Position numbers and translations under genes: made by a program. Below, one piece after another: positions 29,274-37,943 of a stretch of 64,000 nucleotides of DNA. Source of the DNA: Desulfobacterales bacterium (GTDB lineage Bacteria > Desulfobacterota > Desulfobacteria > Desulfobacterales > UBA5616); assembly GCA_046483495.1 (NCBI GenBank), contig JAWODC010000076.1, positions 1 through 64,000 of the forward strand. The letters run 5' to 3'. The notes under the pieces are model-generated. The model saw only the letters and a list, made by a program, of their open reading frames with translations. It was not told the DNA's origin and did not search any database. Each line of letters starts with the position of its first letter. The stretch's first letter is position 1.

Positions 29274-30491
29274 ATGAGCAAAAAAACCGACAAGGATGAG
29301 GCCGAATTCACCTTGAATCGATACAGGGTTGTCGATTTAACCCGTGCTCAAGCCGGGCCGGTGTGTACGAGTTTACTAGCCCATCTGGGCATGGAGGTTA
29401 TCAAAGTGGAATCCGCCAGGCAGCATGATTTCATGCGGATCATTCCACCTTACCTTCCCGGCGAAAGGAATCGGGACTCGAGCGGGCATTATGCCGTCTT
29501 CAACCAGGGGAAAAAAAGCGTACTTCTGGACATATCCGACCCAAAAGGGCTTTCGCTGATCCAAGACCTTATCAGAATCAGTGACGTAGTGGTTGACAAT
29601 TTTGCTCCGGGAGTCATGGAAAAACTGGGGTTATCGTATACGGCCGTAAGCGCGGTAAAACCGGATATCATCATGGCATCCCTGACAGGATACGGGTCGA
29701 CCGGCCCTTACAAAGATTATGTCGCTTTTGCCAAGCCGGTTCAAGCATATTCCGGTTTGATCGAACTGACGGGGTATGCCGACGGCCCTCCGGGGGAACC
29801 GGCGATAGCTATGGGCGACAATTTTCTGGGCACGTATGGAGCTTTCGCTGTTTTATCTGCGCTGTATCATAGGTCAAGGACCGGAGAAGGGCAATGCATC
29901 GATGTTTCCATGGCGGAGTCGGTAGTCTGTTCCCTTCCCGATGCTGCATTGGAATATGCCATGAACGGCGAATTGAGAAATCGTAAAGGTAATCGTGATC
30001 CTCTTATGGCGCCGCATGATGTATATCGCTGTAAAGGGGAAGATGAATGGGTCGCCATAGCCCTATCGAACGACGATGAGTGGGATGCGCTGTGCAGCGT
30101 AATCGATGCACTGGATCCAACCCTTTGTCGATTTAACGATCACGAAGTCGTCGACAGGGCTATAGAAGCATGGACCCTCGGCCAAACGAAGCATCAAGCG
30201 ATGAAACGGCTGCAAGCGGCAGGAATTCCAGCCGCTGCAGTGATGAATGCGGGCGATCTTGTGGAAGACCCGCACCTTAGGGCCCGGAATTATTTTCTGA
30301 AAAGCGACCACCCGACAGCACCCGGGCATTGGTTCGGCAGAGCGGGATGGAAGATGAGCGATACACCGGTCGGCATACAACGGTGGCATGCGCCTTCGGA
30401 AGGTGAAGACAATGCCTATGTCTATGGTGAATTGCTGGGTTTTTCCGATCGCGAGATTGCTGCTTTGATCGACGAGAAGGTGATTTATTAA
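29274..30491 (+). CDS. Family III CoA-transferase, BbsF-like catalytic subunit
   Basis: QAGP, NQGKKS, DNFAPG, GYGSTGPY, AMGDNFLG (catalytic Asp retained). Confidence 0.9.
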   Translation: MSKKTDKDEAEFTLNRYRVVDLTRAQAGPVCTSLLAHLGMEVIKVESARQHDFMRIIPPYLPGERNRDSSGHYAVFNQGKKSVLLDISDPKGLSLIQDLIRISDVVVDNFAPGVMEKLGLSYTAVSAVKPDIIMASLTGYGSTGPYKDYVAFAKPVQAYSGLIELTGYADGPPGEPAIAMGDNFLGTYGAFAVLSALYHRSRTGEGQCIDVSMAESVVCSLPDAALEYAMNGELRNRKGNRDPLMAPHDVYRCKGEDEWVAIALSNDDEWDALCSVIDALDPTLCRFNDHEVVDRAIEAWTLGQTKHQAMKRLQAAGIPAAAVMNAGDLVEDPHLRARNYFLKSDHPTAPGHWFGRAGWKMSDTPVGIQRWHAPSEGEDNAYVYGELLGFSDREIAALIDEKVIY

Positions 30492-30619
30492 TTCGAACGC
30501 AACTTTCAGCTTTCATAGAAGGACAGAGCGGTTAAACCGTTCGCGGCCGGATAAGCCGGATGGGCGAGACGACCGAGACGGGATGGGAGCTCGAATTCAA
30601 ATTTCTCAGGAGGAAGCCG

Positions 30620-31051
30620 ATGAGCAAGGAGAGATGCGAAGAAGTCATGCGCCTTTATCTCATTGATGTAGGTGAAAAAGGCAACCTGGATGTATTGAAG
30701 GATATTGCGGCTGAAGACATGGTGGATCATACCGCTGTGGCCGCGGGTTGGGGAAAAGGCCGATCCGGTCTCGAAAAACATGTTTCCTACTTTCGCCGTT
30801 GTATCCCTGATGGGAAGGTCACGATCGAAAGGATTATCGCATCCGAAAACGAAGTGGTCGGCGTGTGGCGGGTACGCGGAACACACAGTGATCATTTGTT
30901 CGGGGTTCCCGGGACTGGAAAAGTCATCGAATGGACCAATGCCAGCATTTTTCGCCTGAAGGATGGGAAAATCATCGATTATACCGGCGTATGGGGGGCT
31001 TTGGAGGCTGTGCAGCAAATGGGTGTAAAGATCGAGGTCCCAAAAGAATAA
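30620..31051 (+). CDS. SnoaL-like ester cyclase family protein
   Basis: AGGAGG RBS; GTHSDHLFGVPGTGK, FRLKDGKI. Confidence 0.88.
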   Translation: MSKERCEEVMRLYLIDVGEKGNLDVLKDIAAEDMVDHTAVAAGWGKGRSGLEKHVSYFRRCIPDGKVTIERIIASENEVVGVWRVRGTHSDHLFGVPGTGKVIEWTNASIFRLKDGKIIDYTGVWGALEAVQQMGVKIEVPKE

Positions 31052-31118
31052 TCACTGAAAACCCGTGAAACGAATTATCGCGTTTCCGGATGGACACTGA
31101 AGAACATGGGGGGATCTG

Positions 31119-32753
31119 ATGAGAATAAAAAAAGAATATGATGCTGTCGTTATCGGCGGAGGGCACAATGGCCTGACACTCGGCGCGTATTTGCAGCGAG
31201 CCGGATTGAAAACAGCTGTATTTGAACGAAGGCATGAGGAAGGCAGTGCCATCTTTACATCGGAGTGCACTGCACCCGGCTTTTTGCATAATCTTCATGC
31301 GCAGTATATGGAATTTTTGGAATGGATGCCGGTCTGGTATGATTTCGACCTGCCGCAATTCGGGGCCAGGTCCGTCTATCCGACTGCCCAGGCCGGGCTG
31401 CCGTTTTCCGACGGTCGACCGCCGCTGATCATTTACAGCGTGGAAAAAGAAGAAAATTATGAAAAGACATATCAGTCTGTAGCCCGGTATTCAAAAAACG
31501 ATGCCGAAACCCTTCTGGGTTTGTTAAGGCTGGCAAAGGAACAGAAAGCGTTCGCCGGCATGGGCATTTACAGCCCGCCGCCCGTACCCACGCCTGAAAA
31601 CCCGGATCCGGCTTCTTTCTGGCAGGATATGTACAGTCAGCTTCTGCAGGCCTTAGGATTGCCGACCCATTTGACCCAAATGACAAACAAAGAGGTGATT
31701 GACTATCTGTATGAAAGCGATGAAATGAGAACCATGTTCTATCGATTAGCTGTTGAATGGGGTGTGGGACTGGATCTCAAGGGCACTGGAGGAGGCACCA
31801 TTTTCGGCCTGGTCATTTTTTTTAATTGGCAACTGATGGTGGGAGGGACCCACACCCTGGCCCATGCCATCGAAATGGCCGGCGTAAAAGAAGGAATGGA
31901 ATTTTTCGAAAGCTGCGAGGTGGTGAACGTGCTTCTGGACGGAAAGAAAGCCGTGGGTGTTCGGCTGAAAGACGGAACCGAGGTAAAGGCAAAACTGGTG
32001 GCCTCGAATGCCGATATCAAATCCACCATGCTGGATATAGTGGGCGAGGAAAATCTAAGTTCGACATGGACAAAGCCATTGCAGCAGTTCAAGCACGGCC
32101 CCAGTTTCGTGCTGGGATCAACGGCAATGGCATTGCACGAGGCGCCGGATTTCAAGAGTGCCCGCTGGAACCCGGATATCAATATGTCCTTTTACACCAT
32201 TGTGGGATTCGATTCCGCTGAAGAAATGTACCGCTATTGTCATGACGCCCATTCAGGAAGAATTCCGGAAACATACGGTGAAGGCATCTGGGTAAACAGT
32301 CTGTGGGACCCGACATACGCGCCTCCCGGAAAGCACAGTTTGACCGGCTGGATTTTCCTGCCCCAGGCAAGCACGCAAAGCCGGGAAAAATGGGAAGAAG
32401 TACGTGCAACCTGGAATGACAATTTCCTTAACAATTTCCAGCGATTTGCACCGAATATGACCCGGGACAACGTGATCGACGATTATTTTTACACACCCCA
32501 GGATCAGGAAGACGAAATGCGGCTTATGGAAGGCAGTTTCGCCAATGCATCCAACATCATGGATGTCATGACGAGCGGCCTTTTCCCCGAGGCGAGGCAA
32601 TATCGAACAGAAATCGAGAATTTATACCTCTGCGGACCCTACATGCATCCCGGGCCGGGGGCCAATGCCGGCCCGGGCTACTGCTGCTTCAAAATTATCG
32701 CAGATGACTTCGGCCTGGATAAATTCTGGGAAAGATCGGAACGCGGATACTAA
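31119..32753 (+). CDS. FAD-dependent oxidoreductase, phytoene dehydrogenase-like family
   Basis: YDAVVIGGGHNGL, DPTYAPPGKH, YRTEIENLYLCG..HPG. Confidence 0.9.
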   Translation: MRIKKEYDAVVIGGGHNGLTLGAYLQRAGLKTAVFERRHEEGSAIFTSECTAPGFLHNLHAQYMEFLEWMPVWYDFDLPQFGARSVYPTAQAGLPFSDGRPPLIIYSVEKEENYEKTYQSVARYSKNDAETLLGLLRLAKEQKAFAGMGIYSPPPVPTPENPDPASFWQDMYSQLLQALGLPTHLTQMTNKEVIDYLYESDEMRTMFYRLAVEWGVGLDLKGTGGGTIFGLVIFFNWQLMVGGTHTLAHAIEMAGVKEGMEFFESCEVVNVLLDGKKAVGVRLKDGTEVKAKLVASNADIKSTMLDIVGEENLSSTWTKPLQQFKHGPSFVLGSTAMALHEAPDFKSARWNPDINMSFYTIVGFDSAEEMYRYCHDAHSGRIPETYGEGIWVNSLWDPTYAPPGKHSLTGWIFLPQASTQSREKWEEVRATWNDNFLNNFQRFAPNMTRDNVIDDYFYTPQDQEDEMRLMEGSFANASNIMDVMTSGLFPEARQYRTEIENLYLCGPYMHPGPGANAGPGYCCFKIIADDFGLDKFWERSERGY

Positions 32754-32843
32754 TATTCGACCGTAACAAAAACCGCCATCATGCTTTTCAATTATCGGGC
32801 CGCGTCACAGAAACGATCGCGTCAGGCGCCGCTTTTCATATCG

Positions 32844-33158
32844 TCAATCGCACCAATAATCATTCGCCGCGGCGATGGTCTGGAAGTAAACGGCAATCAC
32901 GTGTGATACGGCAATGAGGCTGTCCGGGTCATGCGCATATGCCGGCCGCAGTTTCTTTAATACCTCCTTGTCCGGCTGAGTTTCGGTAACCCCTTTGCGG
33001 GCAAGGGAAATGGCCAGTTGAAAACCCTCCTCGGGGGTCGCCGTGATCAGGCTCAGATCACCGGCTTTTGCCATATCCTCCTGGGCCATGGCTGCCGGCG
33101 TCAACACGAAAACCACGAACAAGCAAGTAAAAAAAACGGATTTGATCATTGTCTTCAT
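32844..33158 (-). CDS. Hexameric tyrosine-coordinated heme protein (HTHP) with signal peptide
   Basis: TATPEEGFQLA, TQPD, LR..Y, FQTIAAANDYW match HTHP; hydrophobic leader ending AMA. Exact start codon uncertain. Confidence 0.88.
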   Translation of the reverse strand: MKTMIKSVFFTCLFVVFVLTPAAMAQEDMAKAGDLSLITATPEEGFQLAISLARKGVTETQPDKEVLKKLRPAYAHDPDSLIAVSHVIAVYFQTIAAANDYWCD

Positions 33159-33334
33159 TCTTTCCATCTGCTGGAAGATTCAATGAATCAGTGTTTGGAA
33201 AACGTCTTCCAATAAGTTGCCTTTTTTGGTAAATAAGGCTAAAAAATCCATTTGAAAATGGGTTTCAGCCCGTATACATGAAACGACAAGACCGTATGCG
33301 ATGGTTGACGATATTGGAAAAGGGGACTACAGCA

Positions 33335-34300
33335 ATGGATAAACTGACGAAAAATGTGATCGACAAGCTTTTGGAATGGGGAGCCGATTTAGTAGGGATA
33401 GCACCTGTAGAACGATTCGCCGAAGCGCCGGAAGGCCACAGGCCGACGGATTTCATGCCCGATTGCAAATCCGTCATTTCCATAGGATTGCACCTGTTCA
33501 ATGAAATGGCGAACGTATGGGGAGAGCAGGCGGATATGACAAAGTCGATGACGCCTTACCTTTTCTACGGGTACGGGTTGACCAATCTCGAGAGTTCGAG
33601 AGCGGTGAACAGGATGGCAAGGGCGCTTGAATACAAGGGCTACAAAACACTCGCCTTCATGCCGACTTGGATGAGCAGTATGGCCAAATATTTTGACACG
33701 ACCCTCGAAACCGGTGAGATGAAGGCGGAATTTTCCCATCGGCATGCGGCCGTAGCGTCCGGAATCGCCGCATTCGGCTGGAACGGTCTGGCCATGACGC
33801 CTGAATTCGGCACAATGAATCGCTTCAACTCACTGCTCACTTCTGCAGAGCTCGAACCCACCCCGATGTACGACGGACCTTCGGTATGCAGGCCTGATCT
33901 TTGCGGGTACACATGCGCAAACGTGTGTCCGGCGGAGGCCATATCGATCGATGAAAAACAAACCTGCCGTGTCGGCGGTGTGGATTTTACCTATGGCGTT
34001 CACGACAATATCCGGTGCAGTTACGCAATCGTAGCGATGATAAAAGGCGTGGGAGGCAGAACGGAGGCTGCCCTTCCCGAAGGAAAGGGGAACCCGTTGC
34101 AGTTAATGGCGGATGTCGAGTCCGGAGAAATGGTGCATCCCTATGATAAAGCCATGCTGGACAACTGTTTCGGCCTGATTTGCGGCGATTTCTGCGGAAA
34201 ATGCCTTCACCAGTGCCCCTCGAGGGACGTCATCAAGAAGACGTTGAAAGATTACGACTTTTCATCACGGCACTCGTCTTTGAATCGTGCAATCGTGTAG
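33335..34300 (+). CDS. QueG/reductive dehalogenase-like cobalamin/Fe-S protein
   Basis: GADLVGIAP, FSHRHAAVASG..GWNGL..PEFG, C..C..C..CP and CG.C..CP; no Tat signal. Confidence 0.75.
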   Translation: MDKLTKNVIDKLLEWGADLVGIAPVERFAEAPEGHRPTDFMPDCKSVISIGLHLFNEMANVWGEQADMTKSMTPYLFYGYGLTNLESSRAVNRMARALEYKGYKTLAFMPTWMSSMAKYFDTTLETGEMKAEFSHRHAAVASGIAAFGWNGLAMTPEFGTMNRFNSLLTSAELEPTPMYDGPSVCRPDLCGYTCANVCPAEAISIDEKQTCRVGGVDFTYGVHDNIRCSYAIVAMIKGVGGRTEAALPEGKGNPLQLMADVESGEMVHPYDKAMLDNCFGLICGDFCGKCLHQCPSRDVIKKTLKDYDFSSRHSSLNRAIV

Positions 34301-34342
34301 CATCGGGCAATAAACCAGGAATTACAGCCAAATCCGGACGAT

Positions 34343-35431
34343 TCAGGCTCCACGAATCGCGTCAATGAGGGCGTCTATTCCCTTTGATTTGGGAAAAAAT
34401 GCGATTTCCTCGATGCCGTCGGACGTATCATCCGGTTCGAACCGCGTCAGTCCGACAATGCGAACATTGGGCAATTTCGACAAAATCAACCTGGATGTCA
34501 GGGCGGCATTTTCCTGTTTGGCATCGAAATCCATTACGATTACATCCGGGTTTCGTTCACATGCCGTATTCAGCGCTTTTTCCATGCTTGTCGCTTCACC
34601 GATGACATCTATATCCGGATAACGTTTCAGCATCGAGAACAGCGTGCCCAGCATTACTTGATCATGATGGACAATCACAACCCGCTTTCGGCCCCGCTCA
34701 GGCACCCGACTTGCGCCGTTTGCTTCTGCAGGCAAGTGATGTGTTGAAAACGTGTCTACGGGAAGAAACATGCTGATGGTCGACCCCCGGCCCGGTGCAC
34801 TGACAATTTCCATCCGGCCCCCGATATTCGCAAGTCTTTCTTCGATACTGAAGAGTCCCAAACGGATCCGTGAACCTGCTTCTTTTTCAATCGATTCCGG
34901 CTCGAATCCTGCGCCTTGGTCACTGACGACGATTCGCAATTCCCGGTGCATGCACGCCATGAACACGGAGGCGGATTTTACGCCCGCATGCTTGCATACA
35001 TTCAACAGCAGTTCCCGTATCGAATGGAACAGCAAAATCGTAAGGTCTTCCCGGGACGGAAGGGCTTCACCTTCGATGTTCAGGATAACCTCGAAATCCA
35101 GGTTTTCATGCATCCATTGCACCAGCCACTCCAGTGACGCGAAAATATCGCCGGACCGCAGCACCGGCGGCGATAATTGAGCGGTCAAGGATCGGGCCGA
35201 GTCAATGGACTGGTTGATCAGCTCGAGTACCCGTTCAGCTTCCGGCTTCATGGCATCCTCGATACGCGATATCAAAGCTTCCTGGCCGATCTTGGCAGCC
35301 ACCATAAGCTGCTGCAGATCATCATGAAGCATTCTCGAGATCCTGTCGCGCTCCTGCTGCTCCGCAATCAGCACATCCGAGCTGAAACGGTTCAGCTTTT
35401 CATCCATTTTTCCAAAGCGCTGTTTCGACAA
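34343..35431 (-). CDS. Sensor-less HisKA_3-HATPase-REC protein
   Basis: ERDRISRMLHDDLQQ, NVCKHA, DQGAGF, REC with VHHD...MDFD; clear paralog of the C-terminal half of 13166-15454. Confidence 0.85.
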   Translation of the reverse strand: MSKQRFGKMDEKLNRFSSDVLIAEQQERDRISRMLHDDLQQLMVAAKIGQEALISRIEDAMKPEAERVLELINQSIDSARSLTAQLSPPVLRSGDIFASLEWLVQWMHENLDFEVILNIEGEALPSREDLTILLFHSIRELLLNVCKHAGVKSASVFMACMHRELRIVVSDQGAGFEPESIEKEAGSRIRLGLFSIEERLANIGGRMEIVSAPGRGSTISMFLPVDTFSTHHLPAEANGASRVPERGRKRVVIVHHDQVMLGTLFSMLKRYPDIDVIGEATSMEKALNTACERNPDVIVMDFDAKQENAALTSRLILSKLPNVRIVGLTRFEPDDTSDGIEEIAFFPKSKGIDALIDAIRGA

Positions 35432-36119
35432 ATCGCCTCTTCGGCCATGTTAAACGGTTTGCATGCAGATAAATAGGTGCCGGCGAGGATTCCCATCTTC
35501 CATGATCATCCGAACGGCATCCGAGTGATTTCAAAAAAAAACGCGCGGCAGTGAACATCGGTGATCGGTTTTTTCGGGTGGGGACAGTTTTCCTTCATCA
35601 ACGCGCCTCTTTCCTATCGCTATAGGGCAGGCGAATACAAAACCGACTCAAGGTGCCTATACCATTTACGAGAAAGTAAGTAAATCATTACGGCTTCTGC
35701 ATCTGGAATGCAAACGCACTTTTCCGTCGGCGGTCAGCGGCACATCTGGCGGGACGGACGCGAAGGGCGAGACGGGCGAGACGCGAGAGACGGGATTGAG
35801 AATTGCATTGGATTTTTTTCGCCCTGCGCTGCAGTCAGGGGGTCTGGATGGCAACCTCTTATAAAAATCTGCACACTTATTCAGCAAAAAGTATGGAAAA
35901 TCATACAGTAGTTTCGATCATTCTGCGGGGCTTTTTTAGTAATTGTTATTGATTCAAGGGCTTATTCATGGTATAAAAAAAAGGAATAGAATTTGCTTGT
36001 CTTAGTTGGTGGTCATCTGAAAACGGTGGTTTTTCAGGGCAAAGTTTAGAGCCTCTTAATGTCGCCGTTATGACCGGGTACTTTATCTTTTTTGTTTACT
36101 GCATGTCAGGTCCCTTAAC

Positions 36120-36266
36120 TAGTGGCCATCCAGAAATGAGAAAATTCGATTCAGTTCAAGGCGGCCGGAAAATTTTAACCGTATGAATACATTGAGTATT
36201 TTGAGGATTAAAATTTTTCGGCCAACGCCGAAATGGAGCGAATCAGCCATTTCTGGATGGCCACTA
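36120..36266 (+). repeat. Palindromic interspersed element, copy C
   Basis: Perfect 19-bp terminal IR TAGTGGCCATCCAGAAATG; core CAAGGCG..GAATAC-N5-GTATTTTGAGGATT..CAACGCCG. Confidence 0.9.
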
Positions 36267-36290
36267 ACTAAAATGGAAGGAGATTATTGT

Positions 36291-37496
36291 ATGAAGCTCA
36301 TTAAAAACAATTTCTGGTTTCTTTCACTTATTTGCCTGTTTCTGCTGTCGGCCTGCAGTGGGGGCGGGGGGTCATCTTCATCCGACGGCACCGGGACCTT
36401 GTCCCTGGGCCTTACCGATGCAACGACCGACGAATACCAGGCCGTGTACGTTACCATCGAAAGCGTGGAGGTGCATTTGGGTGCGGATGGTGAAGAAGAG
36501 GAAGGGGAGTGGATTACGGTCGCGGATCCCAACCAAACCTATAACCTTTTGGAACTGGTAAACGGGGTAATCGCTCAGCTTGGCGTGACGGATCTTCAAT
36601 CGGGGCTCTACACGCAGATGCGGCTGCATTTAGGCGATACAGCGGATGACGGCACGAACATCCTGGGCGACGAACATACTTGCCCCAATTATATTATCGA
36701 TAGTGGGGATAATATCATTCCATTGACTGTCCCCAGCGGCTATCAGACCGGTATAAAACTGGTGCAGGAATTTGAAATCGTAGCCGGAGTTACCGCCGAG
36801 CTGGTTCTGGATTTTGATGCCTGCGCCTCTATCGTAAAAGCGGGCAACAGCGGTCAGTACCTGTTGAAGCCCACCATTAAGGTCGTAGACACCCTGGACA
36901 ACGCCGCCCTCAACGGAACAGTCATGGATGCTACTGAAACATACGGCATACCCGGCGCCCTCGTTTCTGCGCAGATTTATGATGATTCTTCCGCAGATCC
37001 GAAAGATAGGGTGGAGGTTTTTACATCAACCCTTAGCGAGGAGGATCCTGCGGGAGAGTACTTGATGTACCTGCCGCCCGCCTTTTACAATATCGTAGCG
37101 TATAAGGAAGCTTATTTGCCGGCATGCAAGCAATTTACGGCCGTGCATGATCAAGTAGAGCAAAAAAACTTCAAGCTCACGGCTGCGGCTTATCTGGGTA
37201 TTGTAAATTGCACCTTCGATATTACAGATCCCGATCCGGCTGATCAAGAAGCCGTGATCAGTTTTCGGCAATTGTCGGAATGCGAATGTGAAGAAGACGT
37301 TACGACTGTAGATCAAGAGATCGAAATTTTATCAAAAAGCGTTACCGACGATACGTCTTTTGTGGTCAATTTGCCGGGAGGCGAATACAATGTGGTTGCA
37401 TCGGCAGCGGGCCAAACCACAGTAGAACAGGATATAACTGTAACCCAGAGCACCCCGTATGATCTGAATATCACCTTATCACCGGCAACGCCGTAA
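36291..37496 (+). CDS. DUF4382-domain lipoprotein
   Basis: Lipobox [46 protein letters not shown]. Confidence 0.85.
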   Translation: MKLIKNNFWFLSLICLFLLSACSGGGGSSSSDGTGTLSLGLTDATTDEYQAVYVTIESVEVHLGADGEEEEGEWITVADPNQTYNLLELVNGVIAQLGVTDLQSGLYTQMRLHLGDTADDGTNILGDEHTCPNYIIDSGDNIIPLTVPSGYQTGIKLVQEFEIVAGVTAELVLDFDACASIVKAGNSGQYLLKPTIKVVDTLDNAALNGTVMDATETYGIPGALVSAQIYDDSSADPKDRVEVFTSTLSEEDPAGEYLMYLPPAFYNIVAYKEAYLPACKQFTAVHDQVEQKNFKLTAAAYLGIVNCTFDITDPDPADQEAVISFRQLSECECEEDVTTVDQEIEILSKSVTDDTSFVVNLPGGEYNVVASAAGQTTVEQDITVTQSTPYDLNITLSPATP

Positions 37497-37530
37497 TCAC
37501 ATGAACCCACCTAAATTCTGCTAATTTGCT

Positions 37531-37565
37531 GCCCGCCTCCGGCATGGCCTGAGGCGGGCTATTCA
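37531..37565 (+). terminator. Terminator-like hairpin
   Basis: GCCCGCCTC...GAGGCGGGC stem after the lipoprotein stop; weak T tail. Confidence 0.55.
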
Positions 37566-37943
37566 ATAAACCTACAAATAACAGCCGAAAAGGTTTTTTT
37601 GTTATCTCCCGGAATTTCCGCTAAAAACATCGAGGCGAACAGTTTGGCCCAAAAAGCACTACACCCCCCTGATGCATGTCAACCCGCTAAATTGCAATAG
37701 CTCTTTATAAATCCAACCTTCTCTTGCCCTTTCTCTGCAAAACTGCTAATTAGTCAAAAATTTTTTGCGCTCTTGCAAGCCTCTCAATGGATAGGCAACG
37801 CTTACTACATAGGCTGAGCCATTCAAATCCCAAGTAATGTATTATAACTTCCTTCAGCTTTATGGACAACATCTTATATAAGGAATGGGTTCCAAATCCG
37901 GTGTTTATATCTTTCTAACCCTTATGTGGAGCTGAAAAAAAAG

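Noticed and set aside
35982..35997. Sigma54 promoter AGGAATAGAATTTGCT before the lipoprotein
   Set aside because: GG-N10-GC spacing is right but the -24 box is poor; not supportable alone.
36183..36290. N-terminal extensions of ORFs 36183 and 54348
   Set aside because: Both read through repeat elements; better starts with RBS lie at 36291 and 54588.
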